NCBI RefSeq assembly: GCF_000150275.1
Contig: NW_002060945.1
Coordinates: 7,243,087-7,307,086 of the forward strand
Origin: Trichoplax adhaerens
Lineage: Eukaryota; Animalia; Placozoa
Direction of reading: 5' to 3'
DNA: 64,000 bases
The notes below the pieces were generated by a model. The model saw only the letters and a program-made list of their open reading frames with translations, did not search any database and had not been told where the DNA came from. Every line of letters starts with the position of its first letter. The stretch's first letter is position 1. The position numbers and the translations under genes were made by a program. This document shows, in pieces, positions 49,675-63,202 of this stretch.

Positions 49675-52600
49675 AAGCTGATTTCTACCCTACACTTTCT
49701 AGTACAATTTTAGAAGCGGTAATAATTTTTTAGCCGAATAGATCCTTATTGTGAATTCGAATAAACTTGCTTTAACTTAGCTCCATAAAGTATAAATAAG
49801 TTATTGTCTGATTATGATAAATCTAAAGATGCTCAAGTTAAGAAAATTTATCGGTAAATCATTTTCAGGTTACAGCTTTGGAATGCCATTGCTAAGAAAT
49901 TTTTAACCATACGATCTTTTATATATAAATTGTGCAGCAATAGTTTCAACGCATGTGTTACACTAGCATGTCCGGATCTTCATTGCACATAAAATATTTT
50001 TCTCATTAAAGAATTGCAATATATAAATTTTATATACTGCTGGCAACTATATCATACTGTTTAATTTAATAAAAGTACGACCAAAATGTTTAAATTCCAT
50101 GAGAAAATCTATCAGATAGAGCAATTAAAGCCAACAATAAGTTGATTGTAAAAAATAGAGTTCCTAAGAACAGAATCTTTTAAGAACCCTTTTGTAAATC
50201 ACCATGTAAAAATTTAAGAAATAAAAAACTAAATTTATATCACCAGTAGATTATATTTAATTAAGAACATAGACTAGTTTTGGTGGTAGCCATATAGGAC
50301 AACATCAATTGTAGGTGATCAAAATGTAATCTAACTTGATTATATTCTTATATGTCATGTTTGCGTACGAAAGTAATTGATGTTAGAGACGGACAAAATG
50401 ATATATACAACTTGTTCTATTTCGTCATAAATATTCCGATATCAGGTTTAGAAATATAGAGAACTTTATTAGAGCAAAAATACTTAAGGCGCAACTGATC
50501 TAATGTGCTGTATTAAGTACTGAGTTGAGCGGTCATCGAATTAAATTTATATCGATCTTATCCTTTCTTCCTGTTATGTAAATCAATTTTATATTTAGTA
50601 CATGGTTTAGAAATCATATAAATCAATCTAATTGATGATTATTATCTTATTTTCTACTATAGTTTCCGGGTTAAGCAATACCGAAAACTCTAAGACTTTT
50701 ACAGCAGTTTAAATTCCTATACATCAAAAATTTACAATACATTTTATAAACTCCTTTATCTGTATCTGCTCGTTCATTATTATATAATATAATAAATTTA
50801 AAATCGCGTTCAATTACACACTTATTTTTCAGAATTTCTAGCTTAAAGTATCGATGATATAATGCTACACCGCAAAAATATGATAACAAGTACTCTTGCT
50901 TTCTACAAAAAGTAAATGTATCAATCATGGAAATAAGATCTCGATCTGTAGGTATGTCGATATCGGTGATTATTATAAAATATTCTTTTACTGAGAACAG
51001 AAACTTCAATAAGAAAAATGACTCATGAACCTTCTTATGATTAAAAGAGTCACGCTTGTGCAATGTGGATGGTGTAGCCGTTAAGTACTAATGATATTAT
51101 GGTAACAGCCTAAGATTTTAATTAAATCTTAACCTTAGTTTAACGCTGCAAATTTGCTAAGGTCACAGATTTAAACCTTCGCGTAATAACTATATCGTGT
51201 TAATATTAGCTACCGTGAAATATTCAAATCAAAGAAAGGTAGCTGCTTACCTGATGCCATACTGCGTCTTGAAAGATTCTAACGGATGGCAGACAAAGGT
51301 AGAACTAGCTTTTTAAAGGAGATCTCTAGGCTTTGATGATTATCTGACCATATGCTACTAATAATATAGAATTGTGTGGAGAGAAAAATTGCATAATAAA
51401 GAATTAATTAACGGTTCTATATATGTTGTCACACCAAGTTTGTATCATGCTGCTTTAGTATGAACTTGTTTTTCGAAATCCTGCTCTATTAATAATAACT
51501 TTATTAGTTTTAACATCGGAAATAACAACAAATGATAAATTATATTTTAATTATGGGTTCTCCGATACAGTTCAACTACTGCTGTGCAAACTAAATGAAA
51601 TTTTTAGATACTGTATATTTATAGTTGGTGTTATTTTTTAAAACTTGTATATGGATAAATATATTTTCAATGAGTGCTTTTCCACTTTAAAGAAGACGAT
51701 GCTAAGATATTGACATCGTCTTAATATAAGATTTTTGTATTACTCAACATCTTTAAGCCATATTATATGTTGGGGCATTTTAGTCAATATTGGGAACGTA
51801 TTGCTGATCAACCGTAGGTTGGATTAAGCCATCGTTTCAATTATCTGGTGTTCAATACCGCAATAAAAACAATTTTATATAGTAGAATGTTGTTTCAACT
51901 TTGCTAAAAATAGCGTTTAAACCAATCATATCATTCATCTTAATATATTATTTAATTTATTAATGTCGATGTTTACAATACTAGTCTAACATATTCAGTT
52001 GTACATACGTTATGCTTATAATAGGAATTAATTAAGAAATTTTTATACTGTAAGTAGAGTGATACCAAGATGTAGCTTTGATACAGAAATGTTTAAATTG
52101 CCATAGTTGTTACGTTACGGCAACAATCTACAGTAAAGGTAATTACAGCTTCGATGCTAACTCTTAGATTAAACAGAAACTTTTTATATTTTGTAAAGTA
52201 AGGTTTTAATAGAGTATTAACGAAGGAAACGCTATTGGTATGATCACTGTACATAAAATTTATTATTGAGAGAGTCTGTAAACTATAACCAAAGTTTCCA
52301 CCTTAAGGAATAGGTATCAGTACTTAAGAAAGTTACTGTATACAGTACGTACAGTATTATAAGTTTTGGAGCGGAAAATGATATCTAAATGCACATATAC
52401 ACTGTACACAGTGCAAGAAACGAATTTATAGTTGAGAATGGATTTCTTCGATATACCTTAAAAATAATAAAGAAATGTTAGAAGTAATATGAACGAATAA
52501 CGGATTAATGCTTAATATGTTCGTAGTGTGTTATTTATAAAATGTTGTAGCTATGATTGTTATTTAAAAAATTTCCGGTGTTGTATGTTCTTTGATAATA

Positions 52601-54787
52601 GCTTATTGATATTAACTTTGAATTCCAAGCATCAACAGTCATGGAATCCTATTGTGATAAATGTTGATATTGTCACCTTCCACTGCTAGTATTGTTTGTG
52701 CGATTAAATATATTATACTTGGATACTGATATAGAGTTCAAGGAGAACACACTTTCTGTCTGTTCTCTCTACAGGTATGTACATTATTTTCATTTATAAT
52801 AAAATTGATTGATTGCAAGAAAGAATTCTTGTTAATACGCATATAATACTCGAAATTTGATCTGTTTGTAATATTCATCTTAAGGCAACATTTATTAGTC
52901 AATCATACCGTAGAATTGTTTTCGTCTTTCAAGCTATTGTGAAATATTATAGATATATTTTGGAGTCTGCTATAGTAAAATTTTAATGATTTATATTTAT
53001 GTAGTTGTAAGGGATACTTACCAAATATTACGTAGTCCATCTATTGAGGATATAGACATGTACCAAGTGTAATTATTTTCTACTTTATAGAATTAATGCC
53101 CATGCTATCAATAAATGAATCAGATTATTTGTATAATTTTCGTTTTATTACATGCATGATTACGTCAATCGTATAAATCATGGGTTATAATATTTATTTA
53201 AGCAGTGGTTTGTACCTTTGCAATATATTTTACATTTTACTAGAAGACTACATTACCATTATATGTGTACGTATTAGTTCGATTTATGGACCTATAATAG
53301 ATTTAGATAGTCTAGCTTCGCAAATATAAATATATCGATCACACATACGGCATACAAAATACGAGTGTGAAAATTGTGAATTAGAATAGTTTTTTCAAAA
53401 GTATACTTTTCGATGTGATACTTCAGCTGCAGATCTCAACTGTGAAATGTTACCAATTTTTAGTAGTGTATAATAGTATTTTTATTCAGACCCTCTTAAA
53501 GTACTTTATAATTCTTTTGTTTACCATTTCATTACAACTATTCTTATACCCCATAACGTATTAGTATGTTAATGATTCTTCATTTTTTTTATAGTTTATT
53601 AAGAACTTACACAATTTCAGCATAAATATGGGGTATATAACTGATATAGAAATAGACATAGTGTAGAGATCAAATACGGTTCAATAGCCATTCACATGGC
53701 ATTTTTACCACAATTTTGAGGCATATAATAGGTAATAAATCTGAAATTTTCCTAATTTCTGTAGTATTAAAGTAGCATAATCTCCCTATATTATCGTAAA
53801 TTTGCAAGTATACTGTGGTATATATACTTATGTGAGCATAATAACATATTCTAGAAAGAAATTTTACTTACAGTTCCAATCGTATATTTTAATAGCGCTT
53901 AAATCATGCACTTGAATAATAGCATATTATTGTACCTTGATGCTCCTTCAGCACTTTAATAACTTACTCATGATTTTAGATACAATAGTTTATTATTGTG
54001 AATAGATTTATATCCGTATGATGCTACGATCTAGATTTATAGTATACTGCGTTTACTACAGAAACCAGAAACTGTCATTATCTTGTATATTTGTACTTAT
54101 AGTCAAGAATCGCGTGCTAAAATGATAACTAGAAAACATTTGCATGAGCCTTTAGTAATACCGTAGTCATCATTGTCTAACACATAAACTGCTTGGATAT
54201 TATAGCAAATATTTCTATTCCTCACTATGATACTATGTAATACCCCGATAATTAGTGCACAAATGATGGATAATTACTGTAGCAATACAGTAATTATAGA
54301 ACTCATAGTAGGAATAGAAATAATATTCTATAGTAATGATAATACTCCAATTATACTATCATTTTATTCTATCAGAAACCATAGTAACGCATCAATGTTT
54401 GCTAATTTATTCATGTTCATATAATATTTGTTGCAGGGATCTTTATTATGTACACATAATAAGGCGAAAAATCTCTTTGTTACTTTTATAGTAACAGCTA
54501 TACGCTGCGATTATGGTACTGCAGTGATCGCAGTTTTTTTTAACACAGTAGATTTCCTTTGGAGTATCTTAGTTGAATATTAGTTCACTGGGCCATCAAT
54601 ATAAGGTGAATAGCATTTTGTATAAGTTAGTATAGATCTTGGTAATCGAAGTACTTAATGTTTTTCTTAAATATAGTAAGTAAATAGGACAACCAAGACA
54701 TATTATTGACTTGATGGTATCGTTAGTAACAAAATTTTAATTACATTTAGTTTCAGTTAACATAAAGAACATAGGATATAAATTATA

Positions 54788-57618
54788 ATGGCATCAAGTG
54801 CAAAAGAACGTATGTTGGGACATTTAAAAGAGCAGCGTTTTCAGCCAGCAAGAGATCAGCTAACCCCTCAGGATGTTCAAGATTTAAAAATTGTTTTTGA
54901 TGCATTTGATGTTACCAATAATGGGTAGGTAAATTATGTGAGACAGTTTTTTTGTGCTTATTTATGATAAGGGATATCATATTCAAATTATTATATATTA
55001 GGTCTAGTCAATAGTACACATGCCCACAGTTTTTAAAATGATAATTTGATGTAGCTGTAGGTAATATTAACGTTATTATTATTTCGATTACTCTAGTTTT
55101 GTAGTCTTGCGCTCATAGCTTTGAGTGTTAGCTGTTAGGAGAATCTTTAGTATTTTTTTTATGAGACAACAACGCAACGGCTACGAATTAGTTTTTATGA
55201 TATAATACCTAATTACTCTAAAGTACTACACTCATAAGTTGTTTTATAAAGTCGGTTCTGAACATAACGTGAAGGAAAAAATTTGGAATGTATTTTACGA
55301 TGAAGTAGCCTTGAAAGGATTGATGTAATCGTTTTATCGATGCAATAATAAGTTTTATTTGGAAATGGCGGATTATATTTATTATGGTACAAGAATTTTC
55401 TGTGATTACAATAATATCAAGAAATCGTGCTCAATACTATCTTAAGTCAACTAGAGCTGTTTTCTGTGTCGTATGGACATACTCATTCTCAAATAGTAAT
55501 CCTTTGCTGGCTATAGCTATCAAATAGGAATTAGACAAAAAAGATAGAGAAAGTTAATAAACTTAATTATGAGTCGAAAATTTATATCCTGATGTTTATT
55601 CGTAATTTTAGAAGTGTGCATATCACGTAAAATGTCTTCTAGTGATTTAAATTAATAAAATAGTTTTATTTGATGACGTTAATTGTAGGCGTATAGATAC
55701 TCGAGATTTAACGCGTGCCTTAAGGGCCCTAGGATTCAAAGTAACAAAGAAAGATATAATCGAAATGATGAGTAAGGATAACTATATTAAAATAATTCAT
55801 TAAAGTAGAGTTGTAATATATTATCACATGAAATGTCGGATTACTGTACCTATGCACTCTATTGTTGTGGATTGAAAGCTGTTGCGTAATTTAGGAGATA
55901 GCTCTTATAATTTACTAGTAATCTTTGATATAGTCCGCAAAGAGATGGTAAAACTATCATCTTTTTTTCTATTAAATTACTTTTATATATTTATACTTTT
56001 CTATAATAGCTATTTTTACTTATTTATTAATTGCAGAGATTTTTGGTATCGTTACATCGACTGTATTATCATAAGTGTATAGTAAATGCCAGGCTCATAC
56101 AAAAATCCGTTATTTACGTATTACAAATAATATTTTAAATCTTGATAAAGTTTTTTTACTTCAACTTCACTTGTCATCTTGGTGCTTGCTTTTCATACTG
56201 ATGTAGGATGTTGTTGCATATAAGGTTGATGTAAAAACAATTTAATATTAAAAGAATGGAATACCTTAGGAATTTGTGGTTACTGATTAACTTATTAATA
56301 ATGTACTCGTATCAATATAAATACACTAACAGTATGGTAACCGTAAAGTGTATCAAAACGATATTAAGTATGCCTTATTTCTCTGTTTTATATTGTCCAT
56401 TACGTTCTATTTAGCCGACTATGGATTAGACGATAAAAGGTAGGCCTTCTAATTAAATTCACTGTTTACAGCATATTCTCATTTTCCAAGTTTTACTCTG
56501 TATTGATAAATGGCGAACTTTCGCTCTTGCTATCTGATCGTACTATCTATAATTAAAATAGGCTAAAGTGCTCACCCTTAGCACTGTTACTTTTTTAGTA
56601 ATACACGTATGAAGATTCGTATGTAGCTTGTACTAAGATATTGAAAATTTTAAAATTATTTACACAACTCTTTTATTACTATTATATAGCAAAATTGAAT
56701 TTGACGATTTCCTACGATTTGTAATTGATCGACAAGGTGAAAGTCGTGATATTAAAGAAGAATTAGCTCAGGTAATTCGTTAGCTAGGCATAATAGTAAA
56801 CTTTCAACTATCGGAATGAACAGTACACTTGTAATTTTTGAACATACAGTGCAATAGTAGTATACTCGTAGCATTTTGCATATCAAGATAAACCTTGAAA
56901 GTGTTCGTTTCAGTTAAGATTTTTGATGATGTATTTAATGAAATCGATCGATATTATAAGATGGCGGTTATAAAATTTTGCTATACTCGTACCTGTACAC
57001 TATACAAGTATCAGTAGGTTTATCTTTTGCACTGTCTCTATCGATGCTTATACATGTACCAAAAGATTGATTTAAAGAATAATGCGCTACTGGCCAGTAG
57101 CGTATATGTAACTGATTTATAGCAAGATTTATGTAAACTGTAATGATGAGTAAGAGATTATGCATATCATAATATTATAGTTAAAGATAGCATAACAATA
57201 ATGATACTAGGATATCATTAACGCTTTTAAATACTATTTTATACCTAGGGATTCAAAATGTTTGATGTAGGTAAGTGTAGAGCAGATAGATACGACTGGT
57301 AACCAACGATCAGTTCATAGTTTTATAGTATTTCGTTGGTGTACATTAAGATAAACTAAGTTGAGGCTAAGTATTTAAATACATATTGAATTATTTCTAG
57401 ATGATACTGGCAAGATTACCACTCAGACGTTGCGTAAAATATGTCAAGAGATAGGAGAGAGTTTTACGGATCAAGAATTACGGGATATGATTAATGAGGC
57501 GGATCAAGATGGCGATAATGCTGTCGATGTCGATGAATTTACATCAATTATGCTCAAAACAAATCTATTTAATATGCCTGATTTAGCCGATCAGTTGAAT
57601 CCAAGTTTGATGAAGTAA
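54788..57618 (+). CDS. Centrin/caltractin-like EF-hand protein, 6 exons
   Basis: QLTPQDVQDLKIVFDAFDVTNNGRIDTRDLTRALRALGF...KIEFDDFL...EELAQGFKMFDVDDTGKIT..LRKICQEIGESFTDQELRDMINEADQDGDNAVDVDEF..MLKTNLF; includes microexons 56415-56439 and 57249-57270. Confidence 0.9.
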
Positions 57619-58679
57619 TGCTTCTATACCATATTGTATGAAATATTTCTATATTGATTATGATGTGGTTTGCTAGCCATCTTAGGCGAGACGAAGGTTT
57701 GATAAATTTCGATGGTTTTAAACAATTTTGAAGTGATTTATACTCCTTTGTATACATGCTGTATAGCTATACATATATAGTGCAACAAATATAGATTCAG
57801 ATATCCTTGCTGGAAATGAAATACAGCTATAAACCTATTTACTGGTATTAATGTACATAGCAATATATCATTTCGATAATTCAGACAAACTGACAAAAAT
57901 AAGATATTTTTAATAGTTTATTTAGCTTTCATTTTTCATTTCTACATGGCGCTGTGCTATACGCATACAGTGCTCCTTTTGATTGTGATGTTGATAAAGT
58001 TATTTCTGATTTATATGTTCTAAATTGGTTGTTAAGCATCACATCACGATGCATCATTTTACCGGAGAAAATATCTGTTGATTTAACATAGGATTCTATT
58101 ACATGCTAGTTCATTTTACAAAGCAATAAAACAAGTTCTTGTGGATATAAATGCTACTATTTTATAGGATGTACTATTTTGAACTGTCTTTAGAATTTGC
58201 CTTTATTATTCTAGTACTTTTTCTTACTGATTATAATTAATTACAAGCAATTTGTTAGCCGGTTTGCGATTGCACAATGTACAGTATAGTATGAATCAAA
58301 TTGAATCACTATCTGAGATCAATACAGTCTTGCCGTTATCATGTTGCTAACTAATTCAATCATGTGAATATTCTTAATGTAATAATTCTATTTTACCTGA
58401 CTGGCATAAAAAGTAATGGAAACATTTTATTCAACTGATCCAGATGCGACTGTACGAGCCCGTGAGTACTTACGATCATTGAGTAAAGAAGTACGAATCC
58501 GAGAGAGATTTGATATTGTATACTATAGTGTGCAGTATTCAGTATGGTGGTATCAGAATATCGATTTATTTTGAAGGATTTGCTATTAAAGTCTTCGGGT
58601 CAATATTTCAAAGAAAGCATTGTAAAAATTAAATTAGAATACAAGTGCTCTGCTGGCTGATGCTCCATGGATGTTAATG

Positions 58680-59655
58680 AACAAAGATTTGTTAGGCATG
58701 ACTATCCGGATACAGTAGTAAACCGCTATTACGACATGACTTGTGTGATAACCAAGCTAATTTTAAGTAGGCAAAGTGATTGCTTTGACTAGTTTCATCT
58801 TCCTGAAGGTACTGTAGATCAGCAAAAGGATTGATTTGTATTGGAAATTTTAAGGAAGGAACTCAATTTTGCGAATAAAGATTTGCTAGGCATGACTATC
58901 CGTATGCAGTAGTCGATGACTATTACAGTGTAACTTGTATGATAACCAGGCCAATTCTCAGAAGGCAAAGTGACTACTTTGAGTAGTTTCACCTTGCTGA
59001 ATGTGCTGTAGATCAGCGTTTCGTAAAAGGATTGATTTGTATTGGAAATTGCAAAGAAAGATTTGCTAGGCATGATTACGGTATGACTTGTATGATAACC
59101 AAGCCAATTCTAAGAAGGCAAAGTGACTACCTTGATTAGTTTCACCTTGCTGAATGTACTATCGATCAACGTTTGGTGAAAGGATTGGTTTGCATTTTGC
59201 AAAGAAAGATTTGCTAGGCATGATTACGGATGATAATCAAGCCAATTGTAAGTAGGCAAAGTGACTACTTTGATTAGTGTCTCCTTGCTGAATGTACTAT
59301 CGATCAACGTTTGGCGAAAGGATTGGTTTGTATTGGAAATTGGAAAGAACTGCATTTTGCAATGAAAGATTTGCTAGGCATGATTACGGATGATAACCAA
59401 GCCAATTGTAAGTAGGCAAAGTGACTACTTTGCTTAGTGTCTCCTTGCTGAATGTACTATCGATCAACGTTTGGCGAAAGGATCGGTTTGTATTGGAAAT
59501 TGGAAAGAAGTAAGCCAATTTTACCCCGTTGTCCATTAGTTGGATTAGTTTCACCTTGCTGAATGTACTATCGATCAATATTTCGCCAAAGGATTGGTTT
59601 GTATTGGAAATTTGAAAGAAGTAAATTGAATTTTGCCCCGTTGTCCATTAGCAAC
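58680..59655. repeat. Tandem array, about 5.5 copies of a ~150-195-bp unit
   Basis: AAAGATTTGCTAGGCATGA...GATAACCAAGCCAATT..AAGTAGGCAAAGTGACTACTTTGATTAGTTTCACCTTGCTGAATGTACTATCGATCAACGTTTGGCGAAAGGATTGGTTTGTATTGGAAATT at ~58683, 58877, 59058, 59206, 59366, plus a partial copy at ~59545. Confidence 0.93.
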
Positions 59656-60370
59656 TCCCATCGATCGACTATAATAACTCCTCAACACTGTAGTAAAAAT
59701 GGATCAAACTACCAAGGGCCAATATTACTCAACATTGTCATGATCAATTTACGTGCAATTGGAGCCATCTTAAAGTCAATACTCAATCATTCCAATTTCA
59801 AGATGTAATTTTGAGCTAAAGCGCTTTTAACCCATCAGACAAGATGGAGGTAGGAGGCGTGACAACATCGAGTGCCGATGATCACAACGGACTGCTCTCA
59901 TACTCAGTACAGTCGATACCGGGAGAGTATAGGAGGTCAGAGTCAAATGAAAAGCCATGTGCTTATATTGGGTATCCCGTGTACGATACGGTAACGTAAG
60001 CTAAGGGTAAAGTACTGCAGCAAAGGAGTTGAGCAAGGCCTCAAATGAATCGATCTTCTTCTTGGCAAAGCAAGGTAGTTGGAGGCTGTGGCGAGTTGAT
60101 GATGGAGCGATTTCAAGCTTGATTTGAACTCGGAGTACGTTTGAGAAGCATTCAAAATAGTTTCTGAATAAAAAGGGCAACGGAAGAGACCTACTGTAAT
60201 CCATCCATACTGTATTGGCTGAAGATTAGAGGTGCAAGCGATCGATCAACCACCTCCATTACACGATCGACAACCGGCTGGACGACATCTATCGAAAGAC
60301 ACGAGTAGCAACGATAATTTCATTTCCTACTACAATTCTTGGGTATAGCTGTGAATGAACAACTGCAAAG

Positions 60371-62855
60371 ATGGTCAAGAAACGAATGAAAAGTCTTAAG
60401 GATTCGATGGAGACGAGATTTAAAGTAAGTAGCAATGGTTGATTGTACAAGCAATTCATTCTCCCTCTACAGGATTATTTGTACATTCTTTGCTGAAACA
60501 TCATCTCTATTTTTATCCATAATCATGCTCGTACCCGTTATCAAATCATTGCCTGTATTTCAGGATAGGTATCAAGATATTCATTGCTCAAGGCTAATGC
60601 TAGTCATTGTTTAGTAGAAAAGCTACTATACATATGAAATGATCCAATTTGAATTTGACTATATTGTATTGGCATTCCATGATGTAGATCAATACAAAAG
60701 TCAATGGATGATCCATGTTAGCTTATGCCACAACAGTCAGCCAGTGATTACTGTATCTTTTGACAAAGAATTCAAGGTAGCATTGGTGTAGGATAAAGGA
60801 TAAGCTAGAAAATAGAATTGGACAGCTTAACTCTTTATGATATAAAATAATCAATATATACGAACCTACCTATAATGTAGATACATTTGACGTAGTAGCT
60901 GCAATAGCCTGCGCTACAGGCATTACATCCGTACGCCATTAGATAGACTGACGTAGAGTAATAGTGTATATGTAACATTAGCTATCAACATTAGAGTATT
61001 CATGACTGATATAAAATAATCAATATATACGAACCTACCTATAATGTAGATAGATTTGAAGTAGTAGCTGCAATAGCCTGCGCTACAGGCATTACATCCG
61101 TACGCCATTTGATAGACTGACGTAGAGTAATAGTGTACAGTATATTACATTAGCCATCAACATTTAGAGTATTCATGACTTACTCTGCAATTCATTTCAA
61201 CTACTGGCATATACAGTAGTACTATAATCCATGATGGACTGCTCTTAGCTAATATACAGTATAATTGTAGTCCTACTACAGTATAGCTTACCTACGATAC
61301 CGGAAGAAAGATACATCCACTTATTACAAACATGTACTGAGAGAGATACTGCAAACGTATACTCGTGTTGTATCAGCTACTAAAATTATAATATTCCTTC
61401 ACTTATAGTTGCAATCCTACCTACAACTTACTTACAGTACAGGTATTGACAAAATAATACAACTACATATACGTATGTAGAAACATATTGAATATGGTAT
61501 CAACCATTAAAATTATAATATTCATTCATGGCCAATTCAGTACAATGTATTTGAAGTAGATGCATTTAGTAATCCATGATACAAATTGCGGTCGTACCGT
61601 AGCTCGCTTATAGCAGGCATTGAGGAAAGATACAACTACACATTCGTAACGGTACAACTAATATGATGCATTATTTTCAAGAATTGGAATTCTATTACTC
61701 TATTTCTAACTTCTTCATTTTACAGTTTAAAGGTTTTCATGAACGTATTGCAAGCATTCGAATTGATGTCATTCATCGAGCTCAAAAAAGGAAATCAAAC
61801 CCTGAGGTTGAGATAATAACATAGCAAACGTGATTATTATAGAAAGTACTCAATTATTCTTATTCAAACTCTGCAGCTTCTTTACCCTTCTTGTAATACA
61901 GTATGTTGTTCTACTTGTGTGATCAAATGTACTCCTACTATAATGTTCATTCATTATGTCATTTGCAAGAAATAGAAACAAATGCTCAAGTTCGTCTACA
62001 TGAATATAGCATATATTCTTATCCAGAAAAGATTCGATATCGTTTAATCGTAGATAATTTTCTTATATGATGATTTTTGAATAAATTAGAGAGATAACTT
62101 GAACACTTTTAGCTAACATGTGGACTAGCAGTACAGTATAGCAGTGCAGCAATTTTTTGGGGAGCAAATGACGTACTATTGTATAAAGTATATGTACATT
62201 CTTGTCTAGGGACATCCTAGCAACGAATTTATGAGAAATTTTATGTTACAATATATTTCTAGTCTAATGCAATCCTCAAACTAGTATTGTGATTTGCAGG
62301 CTAGTATTCCTTTGGATATGAATAGAGGCTATTACAGTATATAGTTGATAAGCAGTTGTGTCTTAATACTCTAGCTTAATTTAGCTTGTACTTACCTACG
62401 GTACGTTTTATAATCAGTCTAAGAATACACCACAATACAAGCGTTATTTGCAATCCAATGTCTGAAATTGTATGCAGTCTATAACCTGAATAATTCTAAT
62501 TGAAAATTAAAAATTGATATTGCATTCAAACTATTTTAATTAGATTTATAGTTTTTATATGTAGAGATAGTACTGTGCTGATTTATACATGTTGGTCCTT
62601 GAGATTTATATTGATCCAGATAAATTTTTTATATAAGGATGCCGAGACGTTCTTTATGGAAGCATTATTTAAATGGACTGACTTGAATTGTAGCACAGAA
62701 TTTGGTTAGTACGTTTGAGTACTATAGTTTTAAAATTAGGATCATTTAAAAATAACATACGTATAATTTTGTTATACTTCAATATTTCATCAGTACAATT
62801 CAGGCGTGAGGTTTATCACTATTGTCAAACTTTGCCTCAACTGGTCCATCATAAG
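60371..62855 (+). CDS. UTP20: UTP20 (SSU processome component), first 4 exons only; interrupted by the gap
   Basis: Exons 60371-60424, 61726-61806, 62638-62704 and 62794-62855 give MVKKRMKSLKDSMETRFK-FKGFHERIASIRIDVIHRAQKRKSNPE-DAETFFMEALFKWTDLNCSTEF-VQFRREVYHYCQTLPQLVHHK, which matches the UTP20 N-terminus. Confidence 0.88.
60838..61180. repeat. Recent 169-bp tandem duplication in UTP20 intron 1
   Basis: TGATATAAAATAATCAATATATACGAACCTACC...AGAGTATTCATGAC at 60838 and 61007, with few differences. Confidence 0.93.
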
Positions 62856-63152
62856 GTGAGAAAGTTTGTATCGCTTAACAAATTAAAGGGCACTCTATGC
62901 CATGTATTTAGTTATCATGTTCCTGTATTGTTGCTAGTATTGTAAATACTTATGTGTATATATACAATAACAACTTACTTTTACATCATCGATTGTACAT
63001 CTTATTCTTATCAGCCCTGATTAACTTATTGCTGTGTAGCGTGTTGCGTGATTAGGGTATTACCATCTTTTTAACGGGCGTTATTTTCTGTTATTATATT
63101 CATGAATGAAATTGACTATTAGAATGAAATTTTTCAATTACTGAAGACATAT

Positions 63153-63202
63153 NNNNNNNNNNNNNNNNNNNNNNNNNNNNNNNNNNNNNNNNNNNNNNNN
63201 NN
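63153..63202. other. Assembly gap (50 N)
   Basis: Run of N. Confidence 1.

Noticed and set aside
50671-51063. 130-aa minus-strand ORF
   Set aside because: F/I/K/Y-biased composition typical of AT-rich non-coding DNA; no recognisable motif or splice support.
52090-52125. RFX X-box upstream of the centrin-like gene
   Set aside because: Only a half-site (GGCAAC) with a poor palindromic partner, and far from the ATG.
58819-59808. Similar short ORFs suggesting a repeat protein
   Set aside because: Unit lengths are not frame-preserving and stops are frequent; by-products of the tandem array.
60020-60170. Frame with several TGA codons, considered as a TGA=Trp organellar/bacterial insert or selenoprotein
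   Set aside because: The frame also contains TAG, and I recognise no homology or SECIS-like element.
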